This document shows, piece by piece, positions 46,233-54,997 of a stretch of 64,000 bases of DNA. This DNA is from Bacillota bacterium (GTDB lineage: Bacteria; Bacillota; SHA-98; UBA4971). The stretch spans positions 10,340-74,339 of the forward strand of contig JAPXLY010000001.1 in assembly GCA_033809295.1 (NCBI GenBank), read 5' to 3'. The notes beneath the pieces are model-generated. The model worked only from the letters and a program-made list of their open reading frames with translations, made no database searches and was not told where the DNA came from. The position numbers and the translations under genes were made by a program. Every line of letters starts with the position of its first letter. Positions within the stretch are counted from its first letter, which is position 1.

Positions 46233-47957
46233 ATGGATATGCTTACTGTGACTATAGACGGCAATAAGGTTCAAGTGCCCGCAGGATCAACGATTCTCGA
46301 TGCGGCGCATGTAGCTGGGGTAGACATACCTACTCTCTGTTACTTGGAAGATATCAACGTTGTGGGAGTCTGTCGTATTTGCGTGGTTGAGGTTGAAGGT
46401 GCAAAATCCTTGCAAGCCTCGTGTGTCACTCCTGCTTCAGATGGTATGGTAGTCAGGACTAATACTCCTGCCGTACGTGAAGCTCGAAGGACTGTTCTCG
46501 AGCTTATCATATCAAACCACCCTTACGAGTGTCTGACTTGTGAGCGATCCGGAAACTGCGAGCTTCAAGCGATGGCGGATAGGTTCAACATACGTGACAT
46601 CGGGTATGAAGGAGAGAAAAGCGAATTTCCGAAAGACTCTTCAAGCCCGTCAATTGTCCGGGATCCTAACAAGTGCATCCTTTGCAGGCGATGTGTAAGC
46701 GTTTGCCAGGAAGTCCAATCTGTGTGCGCGCTTGCGCCCAATGACAGAGGGTTCGACACAATGGTCGGCCCGGCATTTGCCGATGATCTCATGCAAGCAG
46801 TCTGCACCATGTGCGGCCAATGTGTTCTTGTGTGTCCTGTCGGGGCCTTGACGGAACATGACGCTACGGAAGATGTCTGGGCTGCGCTGGCGGATCCCAC
46901 GAAGCATGTGGTAGTTCAGACTGCGCCTGCAGTGAGAGCCAGCATCGGGGAAGAACTGGGTATGCCTGCAGGCTCCAGAGTTACAGGTCAAATGGTGGCA
47001 GCCCTCCGAAGGCTGGGATTTGACAGAGTGTTCGACACGGACTTCACCGCTGACCTTACGATCATAGAAGAAGGACACGAACTGCTGGAGCGGCTCAACA
47101 CCGGAGGGGCATTGCCACTCATTACTTCGTGCAGTCCGGGCTGGATCAAGTTCATTGAGCACTTCTTCCCAAGCTTGTTGCCGCATGTGTCTACATGCAA
47201 GTCTCCTCAGCAGATGTTCGGGGCTCTTGCCAAGACTTACTATGCCGAGAAGGCAGGCATTGACCCTAAGGACATCTTTGTCGTGTCAGTGATGCCGTGT
47301 ACTGCCAAGAAGTTCGAGGCACAGAGGCCTGAGATGACATCAAGCGGCTATCCTGATGTAGACGTCGTCCTGACCACGAGAGAGCTGGGGAGGATGATAC
47401 GGGAGGCAGGGATTGACTTCCAGTCGCTGCCTGCTGAAGACTATGATGACCCGCTGGGTATATCCACAGGCGCAGCAGTTATCTTCGGGGCGTCAGGCGG
47501 AGTAATGGAAGCCGCCTTGAGGACTGTGTACGAAGTAGTCACTGACAGTGAGTTGGAGAACATCGACTTTAAGGATGTACGAGGCATTGAAGGCTGTAAG
47601 GAAGCCCAGGTTGACATCAATGGCACCGTTGTCAATGTAGCGGTGACCAACGGGCTGAAGAACGCAAGGAAGCTTCTGGAAAGGATAGCAAAAGGTGAAG
47701 CGGATTATCACTTTGTTGAAATCATGGCATGTCCCGGTGGGTGCATAGGCGGAGGCGGACAGCCGATTCCTACTAACACAGAAACCAGGTTGAAAAGGAT
47801 CAGTGCAATATATGAGGAAGACAGGAACATGCCGATTCGTAAGTCTCACCTAAATCCTCAAATCCAGGAGCTGTATAAGGAATTCCTTGGGAAACCTCTC
47901 GGAGAGAAATCCCATGAACTCCTCCATACTCACTATACTCCCAGACTCAAGGTGTAG
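46233..47957 (+). CDS. hydA: [FeFe]-hydrogenase catalytic subunit (HydA, CpI-like M3 architecture) with Ser at the proton-relay Cys position
   Basis: 2Fe-2S and accessory 4Fe-4S domains. H-cluster motifs L1 TSCSPGW (normally TSCCPxW), L2 MPCTAKKFE, L3 EIMACPGGCIGGGGQP. Confidence 0.85.
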   Translation: MDMLTVTIDGNKVQVPAGSTILDAAHVAGVDIPTLCYLEDINVVGVCRICVVEVEGAKSLQASCVTPASDGMVVRTNTPAVREARRTVLELIISNHPYECLTCERSGNCELQAMADRFNIRDIGYEGEKSEFPKDSSSPSIVRDPNKCILCRRCVSVCQEVQSVCALAPNDRGFDTMVGPAFADDLMQAVCTMCGQCVLVCPVGALTEHDATEDVWAALADPTKHVVVQTAPAVRASIGEELGMPAGSRVTGQMVAALRRLGFDRVFDTDFTADLTIIEEGHELLERLNTGGALPLITSCSPGWIKFIEHFFPSLLPHVSTCKSPQQMFGALAKTYYAEKAGIDPKDIFVVSVMPCTAKKFEAQRPEMTSSGYPDVDVVLTTRELGRMIREAGIDFQSLPAEDYDDPLGISTGAAVIFGASGGVMEAALRTVYEVVTDSELENIDFKDVRGIEGCKEAQVDINGTVVNVAVTNGLKNARKLLERIAKGEADYHFVEIMACPGGCIGGGGQPIPTNTETRLKRISAIYEEDRNMPIRKSHLNPQIQELYKEFLGKPLGEKSHELLHTHYTPRLKV

Positions 47958-48026
47958 TACAGGACTTATGCATGCAAGCCGGTTAGCGCGAATCCCGCTT
48001 ACATGCAAGTGATTGATAAGGAATCG

Positions 48027-48064
48027 TCAGCGCCATGGCATTCCACATGGCGCTGGCTTTTTCT
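48027..48064 (+). terminator. Rho-independent terminator after hydA
   Basis: CAGCGCCATG…CATGGCGCTG hairpin followed by a T-run. Confidence 0.6.
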
Positions 48065-48217
48065 TGATACTTCTATTATCATCATCTATGATAAGCAGGA
48101 ATACCTCTTTGACTGAAAGTACTGTATAATCTATAAGCATAACGGTATAAGCATAATGGGTACCGGAACGAGGATCCCGCACATAGATGGGGCCACCCGC
48201 TAAAAGGGGGCATATTC

Positions 48218-49036
48218 GTGGATCTTGTGACGTATTTGAAAAACTCCAAATTGAGGCGAAATAATACGCAATCAAGAATGAAATTTATGCTATTGGTGGG
48301 TTTATCCTTAATCCTGTGTGTTGCTCTGCAAGATGTGCCTATGTTAATGTGCAGTGTCTCGGCGGAGAATTCGTCTGATGAGGTAGTTCTGGAGTTTGAT
48401 ACCCTATCAGATAAGACCCATACGTATCAGGTTTTGATAAGTGAGACTGTATACTCAGAGGGGCAGAGACTGACAAATCTCTATAGAGAAGATTTTAAGA
48501 TACAGGAGACTGCTGTCGCAAACGGCAAGGTCTTACGGGCTGTTGTGTGTGTAGGCAGCGTCGCTCCTGTAGGCGGGGAAATCAGGAAGCTGGATCCTTC
48601 GGACTACTACTTGACTGTTGACAAGACCGGCCGAATTATTGAGGTACGAGGCCTCAAACCTTGGGACGGGCGTCGTTTGGAAACTATCTGGCTGGCCCAG
48701 GCGCTTCTCCCTGAGCATCCTGTTCGCCCAGGAGATACGTGGACGGTAAATGATGCCTTTTTCTCTATGACTTCAGCCGGGAAGACGCCGGAGAAACGTG
48801 CCTACCGGTTCCTGGGAACAGAGGACCTGGGTACTGCCACTGCATATAAGATTGGATATGAAATTGTCGGTAAGGGACAAGATGGCTTGCAAGACTACAC
48901 TTATGTCTCTACCGGCTCCTTCTATCTGGCGTCCGGAACCCTTGTGAAGCTGGATGCATCTGAAATGCTGACTTACGCCGGTAGTTCCGAGGACTCCAAA
49001 ATCATTACGATGGTACAGGTAAACATTGTAAATTAG
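48218..49036 (+). CDS. Hypothetical exported protein
   Basis: Signal-peptide-like MKFMLLVGLSLILCVA segment. No motif recognised. Alternative start at 48278. Confidence 0.5.
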   Translation: MDLVTYLKNSKLRRNNTQSRMKFMLLVGLSLILCVALQDVPMLMCSVSAENSSDEVVLEFDTLSDKTHTYQVLISETVYSEGQRLTNLYREDFKIQETAVANGKVLRAVVCVGSVAPVGGEIRKLDPSDYYLTVDKTGRIIEVRGLKPWDGRRLETIWLAQALLPEHPVRPGDTWTVNDAFFSMTSAGKTPEKRAYRFLGTEDLGTATAYKIGYEIVGKGQDGLQDYTYVSTGSFYLASGTLVKLDASEMLTYAGSSEDSKIITMVQVNIVN

Positions 49037-49149
49037 TGGGATAAACATAGGCAACAGAGTGTTAGCCAAGGGCTTGGTGTGTCTTGAGATACTCCTTGGG
49101 CATATACTGTTTCGTGTAGACATTTCATGTGTCGAAGGGGGTATCTCCC

Positions 49150-49305
49150 ATGATTCAATGTCCAAATTGCGGGGCTCAAAATTCCGATTCGGCGAATGAG
49201 TGTGAGAAGTGCAGGCAGCCGCTGATGCCAGGCAAGACTGAGGTCATAATCCATGAGACTCCTAAACTGCCGTTTATTAAAAGAGCCCCTTTCAGAAAGG
49301 GGTAG
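49150..49305 (+). CDS. Small zinc-ribbon protein (51 aa)
   Basis: CPNC…CEKC double CxxC. RBS AAGGGGG 8 nt upstream. Below the 60-aa cutoff of the ORF track. Confidence 0.4.
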   Translation: MIQCPNCGAQNSDSANECEKCRQPLMPGKTEVIIHETPKLPFIKRAPFRKG

Positions 49306-49394
49306 GCCTCTTCTTGACCGGGTTCTTGCGCTATGCTAAACTGAATGCACGAGTGGGAATGCTATACGTATTAGTGTGGTAAATTAGATATGCT

Positions 49395-49706
49395 ATGGAG
49401 ACGATGACAGGGACGAGTAGGTTGCATCCCGGAGTTTCAGCGAACCGAGGGAGGTGTAAGTCGGGGCTCAGGAGCGCCGAAAATCACCCTGGAGTAGCCA
49501 CGCGAAATCAGAGACGGTACTTTGTGCCGGACGACGAGAGTAGACGTGGCCGGGCCCTCCCGATACAGAGGTATGGCATTTTGGACGCAGCATGGCTTAG
49601 GCTGGGTTTAATGTGTCTATGAGTGGGTTGCCAGAGGCAGCCAATTTGGGTGGTACCGCGAGAGTTGAGTCTCCCGTCCCGATTTCGGGGCGGGAGATTT
49701 TTGTAC
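49395..49706 (+). promoter_or_regulatory. T-box riboswitch leader (Ile-specific, putative) controlling ileS
   Basis: T-box sequence AATTTGGGTGGTACCGCG at 49643-49660. Terminator CTCCCGTCCC…GGGGCGGGAG plus T-run. Candidate AUC specifier in GAAAATCACC. Confidence 0.75.
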
Positions 49707-49738
49707 GTTAATGTCCTGTAGTTTGAGGAGGATGTGCC

Positions 49739-52700
49739 ATGTTCAGGAAAGTCGAACCAGGAAGGAACATGCCTCATATGGAGGAGGAAATCCTGGAATT
49801 CTGGAAGAAGCAGGGGATTTTTCAAAAAACGCTGCAGAAAACCAAAGACGGGCCGAGATTTATATTCTATGAAGGCCCGCCGACTGCAAATGCAATGCCC
49901 CACCCAGGGCATGTGCTTACTCGTGTCATGAAGGATCTCATTCCCAGGCATCGGACAATGTGCGGCTACCATGTGCCGAGAAAAGGCGGATGGGACACTC
50001 ATGGGCTTCCTGTGGAACTGGAGATAGAAAAGGAATTAGGCATAAGCGGGAAGCCTCAGATAGAGGAGTACGGTGTCGAGAATTTCATCGAGAAGTGCAA
50101 GGAAAGCGTATTCCGCTACAAGAGAGAGTGGGAACGCATGACAGAGCGCGTAGGTTTTTGGATTGACTTGGACAACGCCTACGTGACGTATGAGGACTAC
50201 TACATTGAGTCTGTATGGTGGGCTCTGAAAAAGATATGGGATAAAGGCCTCCTGTATAAAGGGCATAAGGTGGTCCCGTATTGTCCAAGGTGTGGGACAG
50301 CCTTGTCAAGTCATGAGGTTGCCCAGGGCTATCAAGAGGTTGAAGACCCGTCTGTTTATGTCAAATTCTCGCTAAAGGGTGAAGATGATACAGCGTTTCT
50401 TGTATGGACCACAACTCCGTGGACTCTTCCGTCTAACGTAGCCCTGGCAGTACATGCGGACGCTATCTACGTGAAAATTGGACTGACCGGCACAGGCAGC
50501 AAATTAATTCTGGCAAAGGAACTTCTGAGTTCTGCAATCCCTGATGATGAAGGCTACGAGGTCATAGATGAATTCAAAGGCGAATCTTTGGTCGGAGCAG
50601 AGTATGAGCCCTTGTTCCGGTATACCGTGCCACGTAAGAAAGCTTGGTATGTGGTGAGCCAGGACTTTGTCACTCTTTCAGACGGCACAGGTATAGTCCA
50701 TTTGGCCCCTGCGTTCGGCGAAGATGACATGAATGCGTCCTTGCAGCATGATCTGCCTGTAATCCAACTGGTAGACGAGGAAGGAAGGTTCACCGAGGAA
50801 GTGACGGAGTGGAAAGGGATGCCTGTCAAAGAAGCCGATCCTTTGATCATAGAAGACCTCAAGTCCCGCGGCAGTCTTTACAGAAGCCAGGAATACGCTC
50901 ACACCTATCCATTCTGTTGGAGATGTGACACTCCGCTTCTCTATTACGCTCGGACTTCGTGGTTTATTAAGACTACTGCCGTAAAGGACGCCTTGCTGCG
51001 TAACAACAACGCAGTATCTTGGTATCCGCAATACATCAAAGATGGGCGCATGGGAAACTTCCTGGAAAACGTCATTGATTGGGCAGTCAGCAGAGAACGT
51101 TACTGGGGCACTCCTCTCCCTATCTGGATATGTGATGATTGTGGCGAAACCCATTGTGTAGGGAGTATTGAGGAGCTTAAGGAAATGGCATTTGAGCTTC
51201 CTGAAAAGCTGGAACTCCACAGGCCTTATATAGACAAGGCACGTCTTCGTTGCCCGAAGTGCGGAGGCTCCATGGGAAGAACCAAAGAGGTTATAGACGC
51301 GTGGTTTGACTCAGGGTCTATGCCATTTGCCCAGTGGCACTATCCTGTGGAAAACGATGATGAATTCAAGCGCAATTTCCCGGCGGACTTCATCAGTGAG
51401 GCTATAGATCAGACCCGTGGATGGTTCTACACCTTGCTTGTTATCTCAACTCTGCTTTTCGACAAGCCTCCGTTTGAGAGTGTCCTCGTGCTGGGGCATG
51501 TACTTGACGCGGAAGGGATGAAAATGAGCAAGAGCAAGGGGAATGTGGTGGACACGTGGGAAGTGTTCAACACATACGGGGCTGACGCATTTCGTTGGTA
51601 CCTCTATACCGTCAATCCTCCCTGGAACCCGACACGTTTTTACCTTGAAGCGATAGGCGAATCGCAGCGGAGATTCTTGTCGACTTTATGGAACGTGTAT
51701 TCCTTCTATGTTCTTTATGCGAACGTAGACGGGTTTGATCCCGGTGCGTATCAACTACCGGTGGAAGAGAGAGGGATTCTTGACAGGTGGATTATCTCAC
51801 GGTTCAACAGGCTCGCAGAGACCGTGCAGACTGAGCTTGAAGCCTACAGCATTACACCTGCAGCCAGGGCTATAGAAGAATTTACAGATGACTTGAGCAA
51901 CTGGTACGTAAGGCGATCAAGGCGCCGCTACTGGGGCGCTGAGATGACTCAGGACAAAATTGCGGCATATCTTACGTTGCACGAGATGCTTGTAGGCCTC
52001 TCGAAGTTGCTTGCCCCGTTTACTCCCTTTATATCAGAGGAGATATATAGGAATCTCGAAGGAGAAAGGAGAAACGGAGCCCCTGAAAGCGTCCACCTTT
52101 GCGAGTACCCTGTCTGTAGTCAGAATCTGATGGATCCTGAATTGGAGCAAAACATGGCAGTTGCAAGGAAACTGGTAACCTTAGGCAGGTCTGCCAGAAG
52201 CAAGGTTAACATCAAGATTAGGCAGCCTCTCAGTGAAATGGTGGCTGTTCTTCAGGATCCCAGGGGTCAAAAGGCTGTTTGCGAGCTGGCGACGATAATT
52301 AAAGAGGAACTGAATGTTAAATCCATCCGGGTGGCAGAGGATGTCAGCGAGTTTGTGGCCTATAGAGTAAAACCCAGGTTTGACCTCCTGGGTCCGAAAT
52401 ACGGCAAGCTTATGAGACATATTGTGGCCGGGCTGGAGGGCCTAAATCCCAGAGACATAGTGGCTGAGCTTGAAGATAAGGGACGTGTTGACATTCCTTG
52501 CGGGGAAGAGGCCGTATCTGTCCTCGCTGAGGAGCTGATTGTTGACACTGTGGAGCAGGAAGACTTTGCCATTGAAAGTGAGGGAGAGGTAACCTGCGCT
52601 CTTCGCACGGCTTTGTCTCGTGAGTTAGTCATGGAGGGTCTTGCCAGAGAGATGGTAAACAAGATCCAGACAATGCGGAAGGAAGCTGACTTCAATGTTG

Positions 52701-52939
52701 AGGACAGAATCGTTACAGTGTTCTGGTCTGACAGCGAAGTAGAAGAAGCGTGTATGCTCCACAAGGATTACATCATGGAAGAGACTCTTTCCAGGGATTT
52801 CGTATATGGTGGTGAGGCCGGACTCGCGAAGCCTGTAGGGGAGCATTATCGAGAGTGGGATCTAAATGGCCACCTTACCGCAATCAGCGTAAGTCGTAAA
52901 GAGGTGGACGAACTTGGACAGAGAGGTTCAGAAGCATGA
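49739..52939 (+). CDS. ileS: Isoleucyl-tRNA synthetase, type 2 (eukaryote-like)
   Basis: HIGH-region variant HPGH, KMSKS present, 1066 aa. N-terminus (MFRKVEPGRNMPHMEEEILEFW) resembles the type-2 enzymes. Confidence 0.9.
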   Translation: MFRKVEPGRNMPHMEEEILEFWKKQGIFQKTLQKTKDGPRFIFYEGPPTANAMPHPGHVLTRVMKDLIPRHRTMCGYHVPRKGGWDTHGLPVELEIEKELGISGKPQIEEYGVENFIEKCKESVFRYKREWERMTERVGFWIDLDNAYVTYEDYYIESVWWALKKIWDKGLLYKGHKVVPYCPRCGTALSSHEVAQGYQEVEDPSVYVKFSLKGEDDTAFLVWTTTPWTLPSNVALAVHADAIYVKIGLTGTGSKLILAKELLSSAIPDDEGYEVIDEFKGESLVGAEYEPLFRYTVPRKKAWYVVSQDFVTLSDGTGIVHLAPAFGEDDMNASLQHDLPVIQLVDEEGRFTEEVTEWKGMPVKEADPLIIEDLKSRGSLYRSQEYAHTYPFCWRCDTPLLYYARTSWFIKTTAVKDALLRNNNAVSWYPQYIKDGRMGNFLENVIDWAVSRERYWGTPLPIWICDDCGETHCVGSIEELKEMAFELPEKLELHRPYIDKARLRCPKCGGSMGRTKEVIDAWFDSGSMPFAQWHYPVENDDEFKRNFPADFISEAIDQTRGWFYTLLVISTLLFDKPPFESVLVLGHVLDAEGMKMSKSKGNVVDTWEVFNTYGADAFRWYLYTVNPPWNPTRFYLEAIGESQRRFLSTLWNVYSFYVLYANVDGFDPGAYQLPVEERGILDRWIISRFNRLAETVQTELEAYSITPAARAIEEFTDDLSNWYVRRSRRRYWGAEMTQDKIAAYLTLHEMLVGLSKLLAPFTPFISEEIYRNLEGERRNGAPESVHLCEYPVCSQNLMDPELEQNMAVARKLVTLGRSARSKVNIKIRQPLSEMVAVLQDPRGQKAVCELATIIKEELNVKSIRVAEDVSEFVAYRVKPRFDLLGPKYGKLMRHIVAGLEGLNPRDIVAELEDKGRVDIPCGEEAVSVLAEELIVDTVEQEDFAIESEGEVTCALRTALSRELVMEGLAREMVNKIQTMRKEADFNVEDRIVTVFWSDSEVEEACMLHKDYIMEETLSRDFVYGGEAGLAKPVGEHYREWDLNGHLTAISVSRKEVDELGQRGSEA

Positions 52940-53378
52940 GGTCAGCGCAGGTATAGTAGTGTTTGCCAATGACAGGGTGCTCGTGATCCGAAACCGGTTC
53001 GGTGAATGGGTCTTACCTAAAGGCAAAGTGGAGCCTGAGGAGACTCCTCCCGAAGCTGCTTTGAGGGAGGTGTTTGAGGAGACCGGGGTCAGAGCGGAGC
53101 TCATGTGCTCATTAGGCACGACTGATTACACATACGTGTCAGATGCCACAGGTGAGCTTATAGACAAGACTGTGTATTGGTATGCAGGAGCACCTATTGA
53201 AAATGACAACGGAGTGTACCCGCATACAGAACCTCAAAGGGAAGAAGGAATCTCTTATGCCGGATTTGTCCCCTGGCGGTCTGCGCGAGACATGTTGACT
53301 TACAAAGACAGCAGAAACCTAGTGAGCCTGGTAGTGAGCCTGGCACATGAGCGCTTGTCGAAGACAGAGCCGTTTTAA
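52914..53378 (+). CDS. NUDIX hydrolase
   Basis: Nudix box GKVEPEETPPEAALREVFEETGV. Overlaps the ileS 3' end by 26 nt. Confidence 0.7.
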   Translation: MDREVQKHEVSAGIVVFANDRVLVIRNRFGEWVLPKGKVEPEETPPEAALREVFEETGVRAELMCSLGTTDYTYVSDATGELIDKTVYWYAGAPIENDNGVYPHTEPQREEGISYAGFVPWRSARDMLTYKDSRNLVSLVVSLAHERLSKTEPF

Positions 53379-53473
53379 ACGTGGTAATCGGCCTTGAGCA
53401 GGATATTACGAGTCTACGGCGAATTGGTATTTATTCATGGTAAATGGCGGGTAATGCAAAAGGAGGCAACCCA

Positions 53474-54451
53474 ATGTACCGAAAGCTTTACCGGGAGGCG
53501 TTGATCCGCGTACTTCTCGTGTCAGTCCTTATCGGGGCGGCTTGCTGTGCAACAACTGTTGCAGCAGATTTCGGCTCAAAGGCCGAACCCCCCAGAGTCG
53601 TACAGGTCTATCCGTCTAATGGCATGGAGCATGTGCCTATAGACACTTCCATACATATTATTTTCAGCGGACCTATGGATGAGGCATCAGCAATTCAGGC
53701 GATTGCCATATCTCCCACCCCCGAGTTGTCATCGACGAGTTGGCAGTTTCTCCACGACAATTCGGTTCTGGTGATTACTCCTGCTCGTCCCCTGAAGTAT
53801 TCCACTATCTATAGAGTGACGGTAAAAGGGAGCGCGATGAATTCCCGCAACACCCAACTGGGGAAGGATCACGACTGGTCATTCACTACTGTCGAAAGCC
53901 CGGCGTCCCCTGTTGAGTTGCCGAAGAACGGCGGATTCGCGGAAGGAGACATCACAGGTTGGAAATGGTCTCATACAGAAGAGCGAGGATCGAGAGCCGC
54001 TCAGTGGGGCGTGGTACCGGACAAAGATAGGGAACACGTTCTTCGCGTATCTCGCCCGCCGACTTTTGAGATGGGCTCCTGTAGCTTGGAGCAGGCTATT
54101 AATGCTGAAGTTCCTCTGTCGGGTTTAGTGTTTCTATCGTTTGATGTGTTAATCGGTGACTACACGCTCAAGCAGTATGACCCGAAGGATACATATCCTC
54201 TGAAAGTCACCGTTACCTACCTGGATAGGGACGGAAAAGAACGGTCTTTCGTCAGGGCGTACTATTACTATATGCCTGTTGAAGGTGGGATTGCCCGCTT
54301 TTCTGAATTCGTCGAGATAGGGAAGTGGGCTCAAAAGTCATATAACTTGAGCGCCGAGATTCCAAGGCCTTCCTACATCAAGTCGATCAAGCTTGAATTC
54401 CAGGGTTGGGCATGGCTTTGCATGGTGGACAACATAAGGTTCGTGTGGTAG
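53474..54451 (+). CDS. Hypothetical exported protein with N-terminal Ig-like (SbsA/Big_5-type) domain
   Basis: Signal peptide. …VVQVYPSNGMEHVPIDTSIHIIFSGPMD… is typical of SbsA_Ig domains. RBS AAAGGAGG. Confidence 0.55.
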   Translation: MYRKLYREALIRVLLVSVLIGAACCATTVAADFGSKAEPPRVVQVYPSNGMEHVPIDTSIHIIFSGPMDEASAIQAIAISPTPELSSTSWQFLHDNSVLVITPARPLKYSTIYRVTVKGSAMNSRNTQLGKDHDWSFTTVESPASPVELPKNGGFAEGDITGWKWSHTEERGSRAAQWGVVPDKDREHVLRVSRPPTFEMGSCSLEQAINAEVPLSGLVFLSFDVLIGDYTLKQYDPKDTYPLKVTVTYLDRDGKERSFVRAYYYYMPVEGGIARFSEFVEIGKWAQKSYNLSAEIPRPSYIKSIKLEFQGWAWLCMVDNIRFVW

Positions 54452-54800
54452 CTTTCAGGACAGCGAGCATCGAGTTCAGGACCTCGGGGCGCCGACGAGC
54501 ACAGGACCTCGGGATACCGCCGAGTCCACCGTCTTAGGGCGCTGACGAGTTCAGAGCCCCAGGACTGAGAGCCATCCAAGTGAGTTTGGCGGCCCCCTGC
54601 CGGCCGAGTGGCTTTCCCTCAGAGCCACTTAAGCCAATCTCGCAGCGGGCCGGTGAGCAAGTGGCTCTTCCCGAGAGCCACTCAAAGGGATCTTGGGGCC
54701 TTTCGGTAGTCGAGTGGCCTACCCAGTGAGCCATTCACCGGTATGCCGAGGCTTTCGCGCGGTCGGATGGCCCACCCAGTGAGCCATCCAGGGAGGCGAA
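54452..54800. repeat. Degenerate tandem repeat region: about 4 copies of a CAGGACCTCGGG-type unit, then 4-5 copies of a roughly 50-nt unit each holding an AGTGGC-N9-11-GAGCCACT hairpin
   Basis: Units read directly: GAGTGGCTTTCCCTCAGAGCCACTT, CAAGTGGCTCTTCCCGAGAGCCACTC, CGAGTGGCCTACCCAGTGAGCCATTC, GGATGGCCCACCCAGTGAGCCATCC. No plausible coding frame. Confidence 0.55.
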
Positions 54801-54905
54801 TTAGGTTAGAATACCCTGATCCCAGGTGAAGGCTATTGTGCGCTTATGTTTGGCGGCTGCTTATGGCAGGTATGATTTATGTCCGCATGATTTATGGAAG
54901 GCATG

Positions 54906-54953
54906 ATAAAAAATTCGACGGGCTCTTACAGGGGAATTCGCAGCTCGTCGAAT
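54906..54953 (-). terminator. Rho-independent terminator of rpmB
   Basis: ATTCGACG…CGTCGAAT hairpin followed on the minus strand by a T-run. Confidence 0.6.
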
Positions 54954-54997
54954 AGTGGGGAAAGAATATAAGAGTTTCTATCTTCTTAGGGTTGTGT

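Noticed and set aside
54534-54734. 66-aa ORF on the minus strand inside the tandem hairpin repeat array
   Set aside because: It lies entirely within degenerate tandem repeats and has no RBS. The repeats are not in a consistent codon phase. Likely non-coding.
54452-54800. Possible CRISPR array
   Set aside because: Repeat units are degenerate and directly adjacent, with internal hairpins and no unique spacers of regular length. No cas genes are nearby.
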